A stretch of 64,000 nucleotides of DNA from Planctomycetota bacterium (GTDB lineage Bacteria; Planctomycetota; PLA2; JAEUHO01), in assembly GCA_965222115.1 (NCBI GenBank), contig CBDCTJ010000007.1, forward strand, positions 96,001-160,000, written 5' to 3'. Both the position numbers and the translations under genes were made by a program. Below, piece after piece: positions 29,291 to 38,966 of the stretch; within the stretch, counting starts at the first letter, position 1, and the number at the start of each line of letters is the position of its first letter. The notes beneath the pieces were generated by a model. That model was not told the DNA's origin. It did no database searches and was given only the letters and a program-made list of their open reading frames with translations.

Positions 29291-30444
29291 ATCGCGCACG
29301 CACACCGGATGATGCGAGCAACACACCCAACGACGACACGCGCGACATCGATGAGGCCGCTAGTCGCATCGAGCTTTGTGCGGACGAACTTTGGATCATC
29401 TGCACGCGCATGCTTCGAGATCACGGTAGTTACGAGCACCAGCAATCCCCCGCCGATGGCGACCATGTCGATCGCGCCCCCGTGAAAGCGATACGAGCAC
29501 GCGTGCTCCAGAATGTGCGAACGAAGCTGAAGGCGACGTCACCTTCACCGATTCACGCAGTACAAGTTCATCCGCCGCAAGCGCGCGTGCTGCCAGCGTG
29601 GGCTGCCGTTGCCGCCGTGTTATTGGTTGCTTTGCTATCGACGTACACCGCGGGACGCAACAACCAGAGCGCTTCGCTGCCCACGCTTCCACCCAATGGC
29701 GTGGCGCCGCCCGCCCCTAGAAACGAACCGATGCCAACTCGGGTCACGGTTGCTAGTGATTCGGCCCCCGGGGTAAAGCCAGGCAGCGAGCGAGACGCGG
29801 AACTCGCCTATCGACAGTTCAAACTTGCAGCGCCCGCAACACCAAGTCATGCGAATCAATTGGGCCACGAGACGGCAGCGCGTTGTCGCAAGCGACCACG
29901 CGTGTGGCGCAAGGCACTGCGCGCATGGCGCACGTTCCTTCGCAAAATGGAACGGCCATTGCTAGCGATGCCCATTGTCGCGTCGATTGCCGAATCAAGC
30001 CTACCCGCATCGCGCGAACAGATGGATGCGCTGCTCGATTTGGGTCGTGCATTGGCAAAGGAGGGCGACACGCAGGGCGCCAAAATGGTCTTGCAGCACA
30101 TTGCGGCCAAGGGAGCCGGACAAGCGCCGCGCGCCGTCGCCGGTGCGTTATCGGAGCTGGCGCTACTAGCGGGTGAATCGAAAGACACCAAGGCACTGGA
30201 GAACATTCTGCGCACGCTTGACCGTGTACGCGCGTCCTACGCGAAGCAGATTGAGGTGTGGGGTGTGCTGGGCGAAATTCGTTTGACGCAGGGTGATCGT
30301 CGGGGCGCATTGCGTGCACTCAAGCGAGCCGAACGCACGTACAACGATGCGCTGAAGCGCGGCGGCGAACACAAAGTGAAGAATGTGGTGAAAGCGTGGC
30401 TCGACTTGAAACTGCGGAAGTTGTTGGAAGAAGTCGAGCGCTAA
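29287..30444 (+). CDS. Putative anti-sigma factor: single TM and C-terminal TPR-like helices
   Basis: ATGA overlap with the sigma gene, RBS GAGGAGG, TM WAAVAAVLLVALL, TPR-like LG..L...GD..GA repeats. Confidence 0.7.
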   Translation: MNRARTPDDASNTPNDDTRDIDEAASRIELCADELWIICTRMLRDHGSYEHQQSPADGDHVDRAPVKAIRARVLQNVRTKLKATSPSPIHAVQVHPPQARVLPAWAAVAAVLLVALLSTYTAGRNNQSASLPTLPPNGVAPPAPRNEPMPTRVTVASDSAPGVKPGSERDAELAYRQFKLAAPATPSHANQLGHETAARCRKRPRVWRKALRAWRTFLRKMERPLLAMPIVASIAESSLPASREQMDALLDLGRALAKEGDTQGAKMVLQHIAAKGAGQAPRAVAGALSELALLAGESKDTKALENILRTLDRVRASYAKQIEVWGVLGEIRLTQGDRRGALRALKRAERTYNDALKRGGEHKVKNVVKAWLDLKLRKLLEEVER

Positions 30445-31757
30445 ATCGAAGGGCTCGACCCCCGGCCAATGCCCTCATAGTAAAACCCCGCAGCGATCGC
30501 ACTCTCGCGACGAAGGACATTGCGCCCATCAAACACATTGCGCGCGCGCATGACCGACGCCAAGCGTTCAAAGTCGAGGTTGCGGTACTCGTTCCACTCG
30601 GTGCAAAGCACGATGGCGTCGGCGTCCTTGGCCGCGGCGTAGGGATCGCCGGTGTAGGTCATCTTGTCGCCAAAGTACTGCTTGAAGTTCTCCATCCCCT
30701 CGGGGTCGGTTCCCACCACACTCGCGCCATGCTCCAGAAGCTGGCGGGCAATGACTTCGGCCGGCGCTTCGCGAACATCGTCGGTTTGAGGTTTGAAACT
30801 CAGGCCAAAGATGGCTACGCGCTTACCCGACAAGTCCTCGCCAAGGCGGGTACGCACACGGTCGGCGAGGAGTTCCTTTTGTTCGTCATTGACGGCTTCA
30901 GCCGCTGTAGCCAGGCGCATGGTGAGGCCAACCGCGCGCCCCACATGAATCAACCCTTGCGTGTCTTTGGGAAAACAGGAACCGCCATAGCCACAACCAG
31001 CATTGAGAAACGCGTCACCAATGCGCTCATCCGATCCCACGCCGCGCTTGACATCATCTACGTCGGCACCCACGGCATCACACAGCCTTGCGATTTCGTT
31101 CATGAATGAGATGCGCGTTGCAAGCATGGCATTGGACGCATATTTCGTAAGTTCTGCGGCCGCATTCGACATACGAAAAATCGGACCCCCGTTTTGGGTA
31201 AACGGTCGGTATAGCGCCTCCATTACATCGAATGCCTTGTGCGAGTCGGTGCCAATCACAATGCGATTCGGCCGCAAGAAATCATCGAGCGCGGCACCTT
31301 CGCGCAAGAACTCGGGATTGCTCACGACATCCACGTTCACATCGGGGAAACTTGCTAACTTCTCGCGCACGCGCTTGGCAGTACCCACCGGCACGGTGCT
31401 CTTGAGCACAACCACCGTGTAATCGCGAAGATGAGGAATGACGTCGGCAATGCAACGATCAAGCGCGCGCAAGTCGGGTTGACCACCTTCACCCTCGGGC
31501 GTTCCCACGGCGATCACGACAACATCCGACGCGGATACAGCATCCGCGTGTGAGGTCATGAACTGAATACGTTTCTCACGCTGGGCGCGTCGCAGAACGC
31601 TCGCCAAGCCCTCCTCATAAAACGGAACCTGCCCAGCTTGCAGCGACGCAATCTGCGCCTCATTGACATCCACGCACGCGACATCGTGGCCCGCGTCGGC
31701 AAAGCAAACGCCCGCCACCAAACCGACGTAACCCGTTCCAATGACCGCCACGTGCAT
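30441..31757 (-). CDS. ugd: UDP-glucose 6-dehydrogenase
   Basis: VIGTGYVGL, AVGTP, KSTVPVGT, NPEFLREG, AELTKYASN, GYGGSCFPKD, GLSFKP.TDD.RE. Confidence 0.96.
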   Translation of the reverse strand: MHVAVIGTGYVGLVAGVCFADAGHDVACVDVNEAQIASLQAGQVPFYEEGLASVLRRAQREKRIQFMTSHADAVSASDVVVIAVGTPEGEGGQPDLRALDRCIADVIPHLRDYTVVVLKSTVPVGTAKRVREKLASFPDVNVDVVSNPEFLREGAALDDFLRPNRIVIGTDSHKAFDVMEALYRPFTQNGGPIFRMSNAAAELTKYASNAMLATRISFMNEIARLCDAVGADVDDVKRGVGSDERIGDAFLNAGCGYGGSCFPKDTQGLIHVGRAVGLTMRLATAAEAVNDEQKELLADRVRTRLGEDLSGKRVAIFGLSFKPQTDDVREAPAEVIARQLLEHGASVVGTDPEGMENFKQYFGDKMTYTGDPYAAAKDADAIVLCTEWNEYRNLDFERLASVMRARNVFDGRNVLRRESAIAAGFYYEGIGRGSSPSI

Positions 31758-31925
31758 GCAGGACTCCTCGACCGCAGGCGTCATGCTAGCCCGCCCCGTT
31801 TGGCCCCCCCGCCCGATTCCCCTCACCAACTCCCCCGCACACCCCGCCTGCTTTCTCTCCACCCCGAGACCCCAAAACTTCTGCCCCTTCCACCCCCCCG
31901 CCCCCTAAAATCCGCCCCCACCCCC

Positions 31926-32003
31926 GGGGGTGTAGCTCAGTTGGTTTAGAGCGCCGGCCTGTCAAGCCGGAGGTCGCGGGTTCGAGTCCCGTCACTCCCG
32001 CCA
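31926..32003 (+). tRNA. tRNA-Asp (anticodon GTC)
   Basis: GGGGGTGTAGCTCAGTTGGTTTAGAGCGCCGGCCTGTCAAGCCGGAGGTCGCGGGTTCGAGTCCCGTCACTCCCGCCA. Confidence 0.97.
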
Positions 32004-32098
32004 TTACCCATTCATTCGCCACTGCGTCGCTCGGCCACCACGCTGCTTTCCCCGCGACCGGGTGGGGGGATAGGCCGGAACGTAAGTGGAGGCCGTAA

Positions 32099-32120
32099 GG
32101 GGGGGTAGTCACTACCCCCC
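32099..32120. other. G/C hairpin downstream of tRNA-Asp (terminator or element-end structure)
   Basis: GGGGGGGTAG-TCA-CTACCCCCC. Confidence 0.5.
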
Positions 32121-32204
32121 TTGAAAATACGGGCGGGTTCTTCCGCGCGCCGCAACCGTATTCATCTCATAAGCAACGCTTCCTCCATTCTCCCAACTAC
32201 CTCG

Positions 32205-32233
32205 CGCGGGTTCGAATCCCGCCACTCCCGCTA
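32205..32233 (+). repeat. Degenerate copy of the tRNA-Asp 3' end (att-like)
   Basis: CGCGGGTTCGAATCCCGCCACTCCCGCTA versus tRNA CGCGGGTTCGAGTCCCGTCACTCCCGCCA (3 mismatches in 29 nt). Confidence 0.85.
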
Positions 32234-32470
32234 CACTTCATTGTGTGTGGCTGCCCCAAGTTGCTCCATGCCGAACACTTCGGGCGGACGACTTCAGTCT
32301 GACGGCAATCCTTTACTTTCGGCAGCATGTCGCAACGACGGGCAAGGGCCGAGCAGGGGAATAGCCTAAAATCGGGGATGGTCACCAGCATCGTGCCGAT
32401 CACGACTGCCCCCCGGCACTCTTCCCCCATCCCGCCATAGACTTGCCACCCTCTATTGTAGGAGCCTGAA

Positions 32471-33517
32471 ATGTGGGCGACAGAGCTTTCACACCTTGAG
32501 TTCTGGGTAGGGAACGCTCTGCAGGCGGCCCACTACTACCGGCACGTCTTTGGGTTCGACATCGTCGCGCGAGCTAGTGACAAGATTCGCCGCCAAGGCA
32601 GGGAGTCGTTCTTGATTCGGCAAGGCAGAGTAGCGCTTCTGTTGACCTCCGCGACGAGCACGACCGGCGCGGTACATCAGTACGTCTCTCGACACGGAGA
32701 CTCTGTGCGAGAAATCGCTTTCCGTACCGAAGACATCGAGAAGTGGGTGCAACACGCGAACAGCACTCGGGACGCTTCAGGGCTAACGACAGGCTGCAAA
32801 TGCGCCTCTGTCGCAGCGTTTGGAGAAACTCGGATCTCGTTCTCGGAAAGGAGCCTCTCGGACTCTATCCCCGAGGACTTTGATCACTTCGACGGCCCAG
32901 GCGAGTCAGTCGGTATCACGGGGGTCGATCATGTAGTCGTGAACGTCGAGGACGGCCGACTTGCTCCTTCACAACGCTGGTGCGAGGAAGTTCTCGGCTC
33001 CGAGCCGATCCAATTTTTTGAAAGAGACGCGGTCTCAACTGAAAAGAGTGGACTGAGGAGCGTCGTATTGGCGACCACATCCGATCTAAAGGTCAACATC
33101 AACGAGCCTACCCCTGGAGTGTATCGAAGTCACATTCAAGAGTATCTCGATAGCCACGGCGGCCCGGGGGTTCAGCACATCGCGCTGGCAACTGGGGACG
33201 CAATAAGCACGGTTTCAGATCTAAGGAGCCGCGGTGTCACGTTTCACCGGCCAAGTAAGGCCTACTACGCGGAGTTGTGGGCGGAGCCCGTCCCGTCCCT
33301 CGGTCAGTCCCGTGCCGAGATTGAGCGGGCAGGTGTGCTCCTTGACTACGATGTGGACGGCTATCTGATCCAGCAGTTTTCCGAGCACGTGCAGCCGCGC
33401 CCCACCGTCTTCTTCGAGATCATCGAGCGAGTCGGGAGTCGCGGCTTTGGCGAGCGAACATTCAGGACGCACTTCAAGGAGATGGAAGATGCCGCACTTA
33501 GGAGAGGCTATGAGTGA
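32471..33517 (+). CDS. hppD: 4-hydroxyphenylpyruvate dioxygenase-like protein (divergent)
   Basis: H.EFWVGNA.QAA, HGDSV, iron ligands DHVV, QHIAL, FFEII; INEP, IQEYL..H.GPG; AGGAG RBS. Confidence 0.8.
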   Translation: MWATELSHLEFWVGNALQAAHYYRHVFGFDIVARASDKIRRQGRESFLIRQGRVALLLTSATSTTGAVHQYVSRHGDSVREIAFRTEDIEKWVQHANSTRDASGLTTGCKCASVAAFGETRISFSERSLSDSIPEDFDHFDGPGESVGITGVDHVVVNVEDGRLAPSQRWCEEVLGSEPIQFFERDAVSTEKSGLRSVVLATTSDLKVNINEPTPGVYRSHIQEYLDSHGGPGVQHIALATGDAISTVSDLRSRGVTFHRPSKAYYAELWAEPVPSLGQSRAEIERAGVLLDYDVDGYLIQQFSEHVQPRPTVFFEIIERVGSRGFGERTFRTHFKEMEDAALRRGYE

Positions 33518-33547
33518 ACTGAGCACCGGGGAAGCGAAGGACGCTCG

Positions 33548-34135
33548 ATGAGTTCGTACAAGGCGTCTGCATTCATAAAGACAGGCACGATTCTGCGCTA
33601 TCTCATCGAAACCCGCAAGGGTGCCGCCGTCGGCAAGGCCTGGCCAGATAGCGGGCAAAGCGCGGATGCGTTCGTCAACTCGAGAGGGGAAAAGATCCAA
33701 GAGAGCGCCAACGTGCTGCACGCGATGTACGCGCTTGAGGAGCTTCTGAAGGAGATTGGGTTCGCTGACATACGGCCAAACGACTGGAAGTTCTTCAAGA
33801 GGACGCTGATACCGGCCGCGGATGCCCTGATGCGGGCAGACAAAGGGCGAGGGCGCCTGACGGATGACCTAGCCAAGCGGATCAATGCAAATGCGCGCGA
33901 GCTTCGAAAGGGCGTGCTGGCGAGGGCCGACAAGATCACTCTTCGCGACGGTGACGGCGGCTGGCCGACAGAGTGGGACTCCGACCTGATCTGGCCGGTT
34001 CCTTGGTGGCTCGTGCTGGCCTTCTTGGGCGCTTTCTCTCTCGGCCTGTTCGTCGCCAGAACGAAGTTATATGACAAGGCTAAGGATCTGCTTTCACCAG
34101 CAGAGTCCCAGGTTGCACCTTCAGACGAGGAGTAG
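33548..34135 (+). CDS. Hypothetical protein with a C-terminal TM helix
   Basis: 195-aa ORF 30 bp after hppD; helical N-terminus; WWLVLAFLGAFSLGLFVA. Confidence 0.7.
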   Translation: MSSYKASAFIKTGTILRYLIETRKGAAVGKAWPDSGQSADAFVNSRGEKIQESANVLHAMYALEELLKEIGFADIRPNDWKFFKRTLIPAADALMRADKGRGRLTDDLAKRINANARELRKGVLARADKITLRDGDGGWPTEWDSDLIWPVPWWLVLAFLGAFSLGLFVARTKLYDKAKDLLSPAESQVAPSDEE

Positions 34136-34264
34136 GCCTCAGGGCAGGCTACCGATCACTTTCAAGTAATTGAGCGAACCTTAGAGCCACACACTGGCGG
34201 ACTAGGTCTGCGGCCACCCGACCCCTCTACGCTGACATGTCTGCAGTCAGATGACTTCAGGATA

Positions 34265-34298
34265 CGGATACCGAGCGGATACCGAGCGGATACCGAGC
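34265..34298. repeat. 11-bp tandem repeat x3
   Basis: (CGGATACCGAG)3C. Confidence 0.9.
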
Positions 34299-34611
34299 CG
34301 CGTATCTTCCCACCAGCTACGTGACCAATGTCCTACCGCACGACCAGTGACTTGGACTACGAATCATGTCCGTGCAAGACCGCGCCGCCTTCATGCGTAC
34401 GGCCGACCTGCGGCGACAGCTAAGAGGTCAGGAGTTTGCACTACGTAGCCGGAGTAGTTCGGAATAGCTTCTGGTGGAGCGATTGCATTTGCTCGCGCAT
34501 TTTGACACGCAACGCGCCCCATGTTTACGCGCATAGAGCCGTGCAAATCAAAGGCATCTGCCTGCCTGAGTCGGACATTGTGAACTTGATGGGAAAATAC
34601 ACGGCTCGGTA

Positions 34612-34915
34612 TCTCTCACTCGTCGCGGTGACATCACGCTCTGGCTCAGTGAAGAAGCTCGGAAGGCGAGCGCGGAAGAAGAAGAGCGGGTATCACAAAC
34701 AGGCCAGAGCAGAGAATGCGGTCTTCCGATACAAGACTATCCTCGGCGGGAAACTCAGGTCGCGCAGTAAAAGCGGCCGACGCGTTGAAGCGCGTCTCGC
34801 TTGCAGCATTCTCAATCGCATGACGGCACTTGGGCGGCCTGCGTCATACGCGATTTGAGCCTGAATTCCGGACATTGAGAACAATCGTCGGCAACTCGAT
34901 TCATGCACCAACGCC
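34612..34915 (+). mobile_element. Internally deleted IS5-family (IS903-group) remnant with right terminal IR
   Basis: N-terminal motif SLTRRGDITLWLSEEA (34612-34659) is joined out of frame to the C-terminal GYHKQARAENAVFRYKTILGGKLRSR...LNRMTALG.P; IR GATTCATGCACCAACGCC at 34898-34915 resembles the IS903 end GATTTATTCAACAAAGCC. Confidence 0.85.
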
Positions 34916-34928
34916 TACAGCGGATTTC

Positions 34929-34944
34929 GATTCATGCACCAACG
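34929..34944 (+). repeat. Second copy of the IS5 terminal IR
   Basis: GATTCATGCACCAACG, 31 bp after the first copy. Confidence 0.75.
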
Positions 34945-34959
34945 AGGGCTTGCGCCCAA

Positions 34960-35259
34960 CTACGTATGATTCACTTGGACGTCGCCAGCCGAAGGTGGCT
35001 CAATGGCCCCAGGCGGCAATACCGCGGGATTGCACGCCGTAACCGAGTGTGTAAAACACGACCAACTGTCCGATTCAGGCGGAAGCGCAGGACTGTTGCC
35101 GATTCGTGGCGCGATCAACACGGCATAGTCAATCATCTCCTTGACGTGCCATTTCTGCTCCTGAATGAGTCCGCCGACGGCTCCCGCTTCGATTCTGCCA
35201 ACCACTTCCATGTTGCCGGCCTTCATGATCGTAAATTCACCCATTGCGAGCAATGGCAT
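34960..35259 (-). CDS. Small hypothetical protein, last gene of the ECF-kinase operon
   Basis: AAGGAG RBS right after the kinase stop, then ATG 35259; an alternative ATG at 35280 overlaps the kinase stop. Confidence 0.55.
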   Translation of the reverse strand: MPLLAMGEFTIMKAGNMEVVGRIEAGAVGGLIQEQKWHVKEMIDYAVLIAPRIGNSPALPPESDSWSCFTHSVTACNPAVLPPGAIEPPSAGDVQVNHT

Positions 35260-35276
35260 AGCAATTTCTCCTTGGC

Positions 35277-38117
35277 TCATGCGAGTATCCTCCGCAACGC
35301 CGCCTCAGCTTCGCCCAATGACAGGACTTCTCTTCGCATCGACAAATCGAACGAAGAATGTGCTTTGATGGCATCTAGTGCACGCTCATACATTGTTGAT
35401 GCTTGCGTCCCCGACAACGCGAGCAAGGCTGCTGACTGTACGTCCAACAACCACATAGGTCCTACGAATGCGCCAGTGCCTGCCAAAATGTCATGTACGT
35501 CGTACGGTGAAAACCCCACGACACACGCAAGAGCACCTGCTAACGCCGACGCGCGAGCTTGTCCAAGAAACGCCCAGATGCTCTGCGCGTCACTTGAGAG
35601 TTGAAGGCAAGCCTCCCGCTCACCCCCTCTCCACGCCACGGCCGCTTCCACAAGGAAGATCATTGCAGCTTGATTGACACGACCAAGTGTCTTTGTTGCG
35701 GACACCAACCCTGTATCAACCTTCAAGTTCTCCATCATTCTATAGCCGGATGCTCGGTAAATGTACTCGGCTCGAGCTTGCCGAAACACGTGCCCCGCAA
35801 GCTTCGCTTCGCGTAGCGCAAGCGTTGAAACGTGTCGCGCTCGCTCATGTTCACCTGCATCTAACCTCGCGTCGGCTTCATTAAGCAGACATGAAAGTCT
35901 AGCACTGGGCGTGAGCGCGAACTCCGCCGCTCGTTCGTGAAAGACAGCGGCCTCTCGTGGCCGTCCTTGTCGATATTCGTACCAGCCTCGTCCCTCCTGA
36001 TACTTACATTGCCCTCCTCGCACCGAATCGGCCACACGCTCACACGCACTGAGCACGTATTCTTGTTGTTTGAGTGGCAAACTCCATGCGGCCATCAACA
36101 AGATCGACATCCAAGGCAATTGAAGTACTGGATCTTCGGGAAGAGTATCGGGATCAACCAACGCACAAGCATGATGCCCTCGCGCTTGAAGTGCGAGCTT
36201 AGCCGAGCGACACATGCGGTAGAGATACTCCAACTCTCGACCCCCTGCGGCTCCAGATTCCAACTCGGCCAAGACGGGTTCAAATCGATTGCTAGAGGTT
36301 TCCGCAAGCGCACAAAGAAAGAGGCGCCGTAGCGACTCGTAGCGACTCGTAGCATCAGCCCCCCGCCTTGACCGCACGAGGGCCAACGCGAGGTCCATTG
36401 CCTCTCGTGTTCTACCTTGGACTATTGCATCATCGACATCCTCCGGATCCGGCTCGGCCGATGACACGGGGGAGCAGACCGGCTCCCTCGCTCGAATCAC
36501 TTGATTCACTGACGGTAGCACCTCGACAAATTCTCCACGATTGCATAGCCAACCTGAGAGCTTCCAAATGGTCATCTCCGCAACGACCGCTCGTGGATTG
36601 CCACGAGTGCTCCTGTACAGAAGCGTCGATGCTCGCTTTCGATGAGAAGTCCAACGATCATTCCCAGACAGCGAGTCATGAATGTCAAGTCTGCTCATTG
36701 CCTTGAGCGAAACCGACGCACTACACTTAAGAGGCGTGCGCGAGGCGTACAAAAGGAGCGAGTGAGGGAGAGATTCGCGTAGCGCCGACAGCGCCTGCGG
36801 AGGGACGCATTCCGCGTCATCAATCACAACTACATCACTGCACCCAATCCGTGGTGGTACGATCGAACGTCCAGACGAACAGTCGAGAACGTTGCCCGTT
36901 AGCTCTACACAGGTTCGACCGCAAGATCGAAGCTCACGGACGAGTCTCTGGAGTAGCCGCGACTTTCCGACACCGGATGGGCCAAGAACTTCCACATCAC
37001 CACAGCTATTCAGTATCTTGAGTGCCGCATCATGCGCGCTGTCCGCACTTGCATGGTGGAGACAGAATGCGGAGGACGCTTCCATTGTAGGTAACAACTG
37101 AGCTATGACATCGCGTGCGGAATTTGGTCTATTTCTTGGATCACCAGCCATGAGGTCCATTAACAACTCGCGCCCAGCTCGCGGGGTGTCCTTGTACTTG
37201 TTCGGAGCGAGATGAGGTGCCCCGGACTCTCGACGAGAAAGGAGTCCATCAAGTTCGACGGGGCGGTGCGGAATTTCTCCCGTAAGCGCTTCATAGAGCA
37301 TCACGCCGATTGAATAGAGATCTGAAGACACTGAGGGAGGATCTCCCCTTAATCGCTCAGGAGACATGTACGCGATGGTACCGGCGCACTCCAGGATAGT
37401 GCCGGAAGCCGCACAAACACCTTCGCCCGTGACGAGACCAAAATCGATCAACCGAACGTCATCGCCATCAACCAATACATTCGATGGCTTGATGTCTCCA
37501 TGCGCAATCCCACACGCATGCATATGGGAAACCGCGCAGAGTACGCGGAGGATTAGGTAGGACGCCCTGTCCCAGTTGCATCGCCCCTTGAAAGCAGGAA
37601 ACGGCTGCCCGTCCACGTAGTCAGTCACAATGCAGGGATACCCCAATGCGTCGCAGAGATCCCTGTGGCTTACAATGAGTGCCGAATGTACGCGTCGCAA
37701 CGCCGATGACTCGCGTCGAGCCGCCCATTGCGCGGGGTCATCAAGCCCCGTGAGAATTTTTAGCGCGACAAGTTCTCCACTCAACGTGTCGTAGCTCTTG
37801 AACACATCACCAAACGCGCCTGATCCGAGATGCCTCTTGACCTGATACCGCTCGTCAATTGTCAGACCAAGAAAAGTCGAAGGACTGGGGCGATCGTCGC
37901 GTACTAGAATTGCGGTCTTCGATCGAAGACCTGAATGCGCGGTCGGCCTCATGAAATCATCAAGAGACACGGCATGCTTGATCAATCGCAACGCGCGCGC
38001 TAGAAGCTCGGGCGCGTGAGAGAGACAGTTCGACAAGAACGCTTCTCGATGCGGAGGTTCAAGCTCAAGCGCATCGACAACAGCCTCTTCAAGTAGATTG
38101 TCAGTGGAGCTACTCAC
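35277..38117 (-). CDS. Ser/Thr protein kinase + P-loop ATPase (STAND-like) + TPR-like repeats
   Basis: LGSGAFGDV, VALK, HGDIKPSN, DFG, GT..YMSPE, DLYS.G; Walker A GPSGVGKS and Walker B VVVIDD; helical repeats at the C-terminus; N-terminal 'ALEL....R.AFL..C' domain typical of ECF-linked kinases. Confidence 0.9.
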   Translation of the reverse strand: MSSSTDNLLEEAVVDALELEPPHREAFLSNCLSHAPELLARALRLIKHAVSLDDFMRPTAHSGLRSKTAILVRDDRPSPSTFLGLTIDERYQVKRHLGSGAFGDVFKSYDTLSGELVALKILTGLDDPAQWAARRESSALRRVHSALIVSHRDLCDALGYPCIVTDYVDGQPFPAFKGRCNWDRASYLILRVLCAVSHMHACGIAHGDIKPSNVLVDGDDVRLIDFGLVTGEGVCAASGTILECAGTIAYMSPERLRGDPPSVSSDLYSIGVMLYEALTGEIPHRPVELDGLLSRRESGAPHLAPNKYKDTPRAGRELLMDLMAGDPRNRPNSARDVIAQLLPTMEASSAFCLHHASADSAHDAALKILNSCGDVEVLGPSGVGKSRLLQRLVRELRSCGRTCVELTGNVLDCSSGRSIVPPRIGCSDVVVIDDAECVPPQALSALRESLPHSLLLYASRTPLKCSASVSLKAMSRLDIHDSLSGNDRWTSHRKRASTLLYRSTRGNPRAVVAEMTIWKLSGWLCNRGEFVEVLPSVNQVIRAREPVCSPVSSAEPDPEDVDDAIVQGRTREAMDLALALVRSRRGADATSRYESLRRLFLCALAETSSNRFEPVLAELESGAAGGRELEYLYRMCRSAKLALQARGHHACALVDPDTLPEDPVLQLPWMSILLMAAWSLPLKQQEYVLSACERVADSVRGGQCKYQEGRGWYEYRQGRPREAAVFHERAAEFALTPSARLSCLLNEADARLDAGEHERARHVSTLALREAKLAGHVFRQARAEYIYRASGYRMMENLKVDTGLVSATKTLGRVNQAAMIFLVEAAVAWRGGEREACLQLSSDAQSIWAFLGQARASALAGALACVVGFSPYDVHDILAGTGAFVGPMWLLDVQSAALLALSGTQASTMYERALDAIKAHSSFDLSMRREVLSLGEAEAALRRILA

Positions 38118-38701
38118 TCAAGCGAGTCCTTGATTCTCAACTTTGCAAATTTGATCTTTCGATAGACACTTCGCTTGCTGATTCCCACCAACGGTCCGAT
38201 CGCCTCAGGGTCGAGCCCCAACCAATAGTGCAATCGAATCATGCTACACATTTGTGGATCATCCTGCGCGAGAGCGCGAAGCGCCGTGCCAAGCCGGTCG
38301 AGGGAACCGGAAGACTTCTCAAGTTTGTCTATGTGCTCATCCAACAATCCTAGCTCAGCCACGTCGGCCAGTCGTTCTCCTGAAGTCCTCTCACGGCCCC
38401 TTCGCGCGGCCCTGGCTCTAGCGCGATCAATCAACATTCGTTCCATTGCGAGGGCTGCCCAATTCATAAAATGTTTGCGACTGCTCCATGGCGAGTCCCT
38501 TCGAATGACTCGAGCGTACAACTCGTGCACGAGATCCGTCGGCTCCAAAGACGAGTCCCTCCCCTTTCGAAGCCGGACGGCGGAGGCCATGGCCCTGAGG
38601 CGTGAGTAGAGAGCACGAAAGACCTCGTCTTCTGCGCCCGAGACTCCCTCTTGCATACCGTGAAGGAGTTCGGTGATCGATGAATCGGAATATGTAGTCA
38701 C
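38114..38701 (-). CDS. ECF sigma factor of the Ser/Thr-kinase-associated type
   Basis: ITELL....G...A..E.F..LY.RLR..A, L.PT.LVHE.Y, W.SR.HF...AA.AM.R.LID.AR; ATGA overlap with the kinase; GGAGG RBS before GTG 38701. Confidence 0.9.
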   Translation of the reverse strand: MTTYSDSSITELLHGMQEGVSGAEDEVFRALYSRLRAMASAVRLRKGRDSSLEPTDLVHELYARVIRRDSPWSSRKHFMNWAALAMERMLIDRARARAARRGRERTSGERLADVAELGLLDEHIDKLEKSSGSLDRLGTALRALAQDDPQMCSMIRLHYWLGLDPEAIGPLVGISKRSVYRKIKFAKLRIKDSLE

Positions 38702-38966
38702 TGCTAGCGAACCTCCACGCTGAGACACTTACGATACGGAGTGAGGCGCCGTCTGTGACAGAATTGGATGACATTACGGAGTATATCGAGGCCCCTCCTC
38801 TCCCCACTGGGTGCTTGAGACGCCTCAAAATCGTCTTGGCACTCAATTTCGTGCGCGCCGTAGTCATTGATGTGAGGCGAACAATCGCCTCGTGCCGCGC
38901 TCAATCCCTTTGAGCTTGAGCGGCTTTACGAACACGATGCACGAGTACGTGCTGAATTGGAGACAC

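Noticed and set aside
38837-38853. TTGGCACTCAATTTCG as a sigma54 promoter or CIRCE half-site upstream of the peptide gene
   Set aside because: The -12 element is TTCG rather than TTGC, and the second CIRCE arm is missing.
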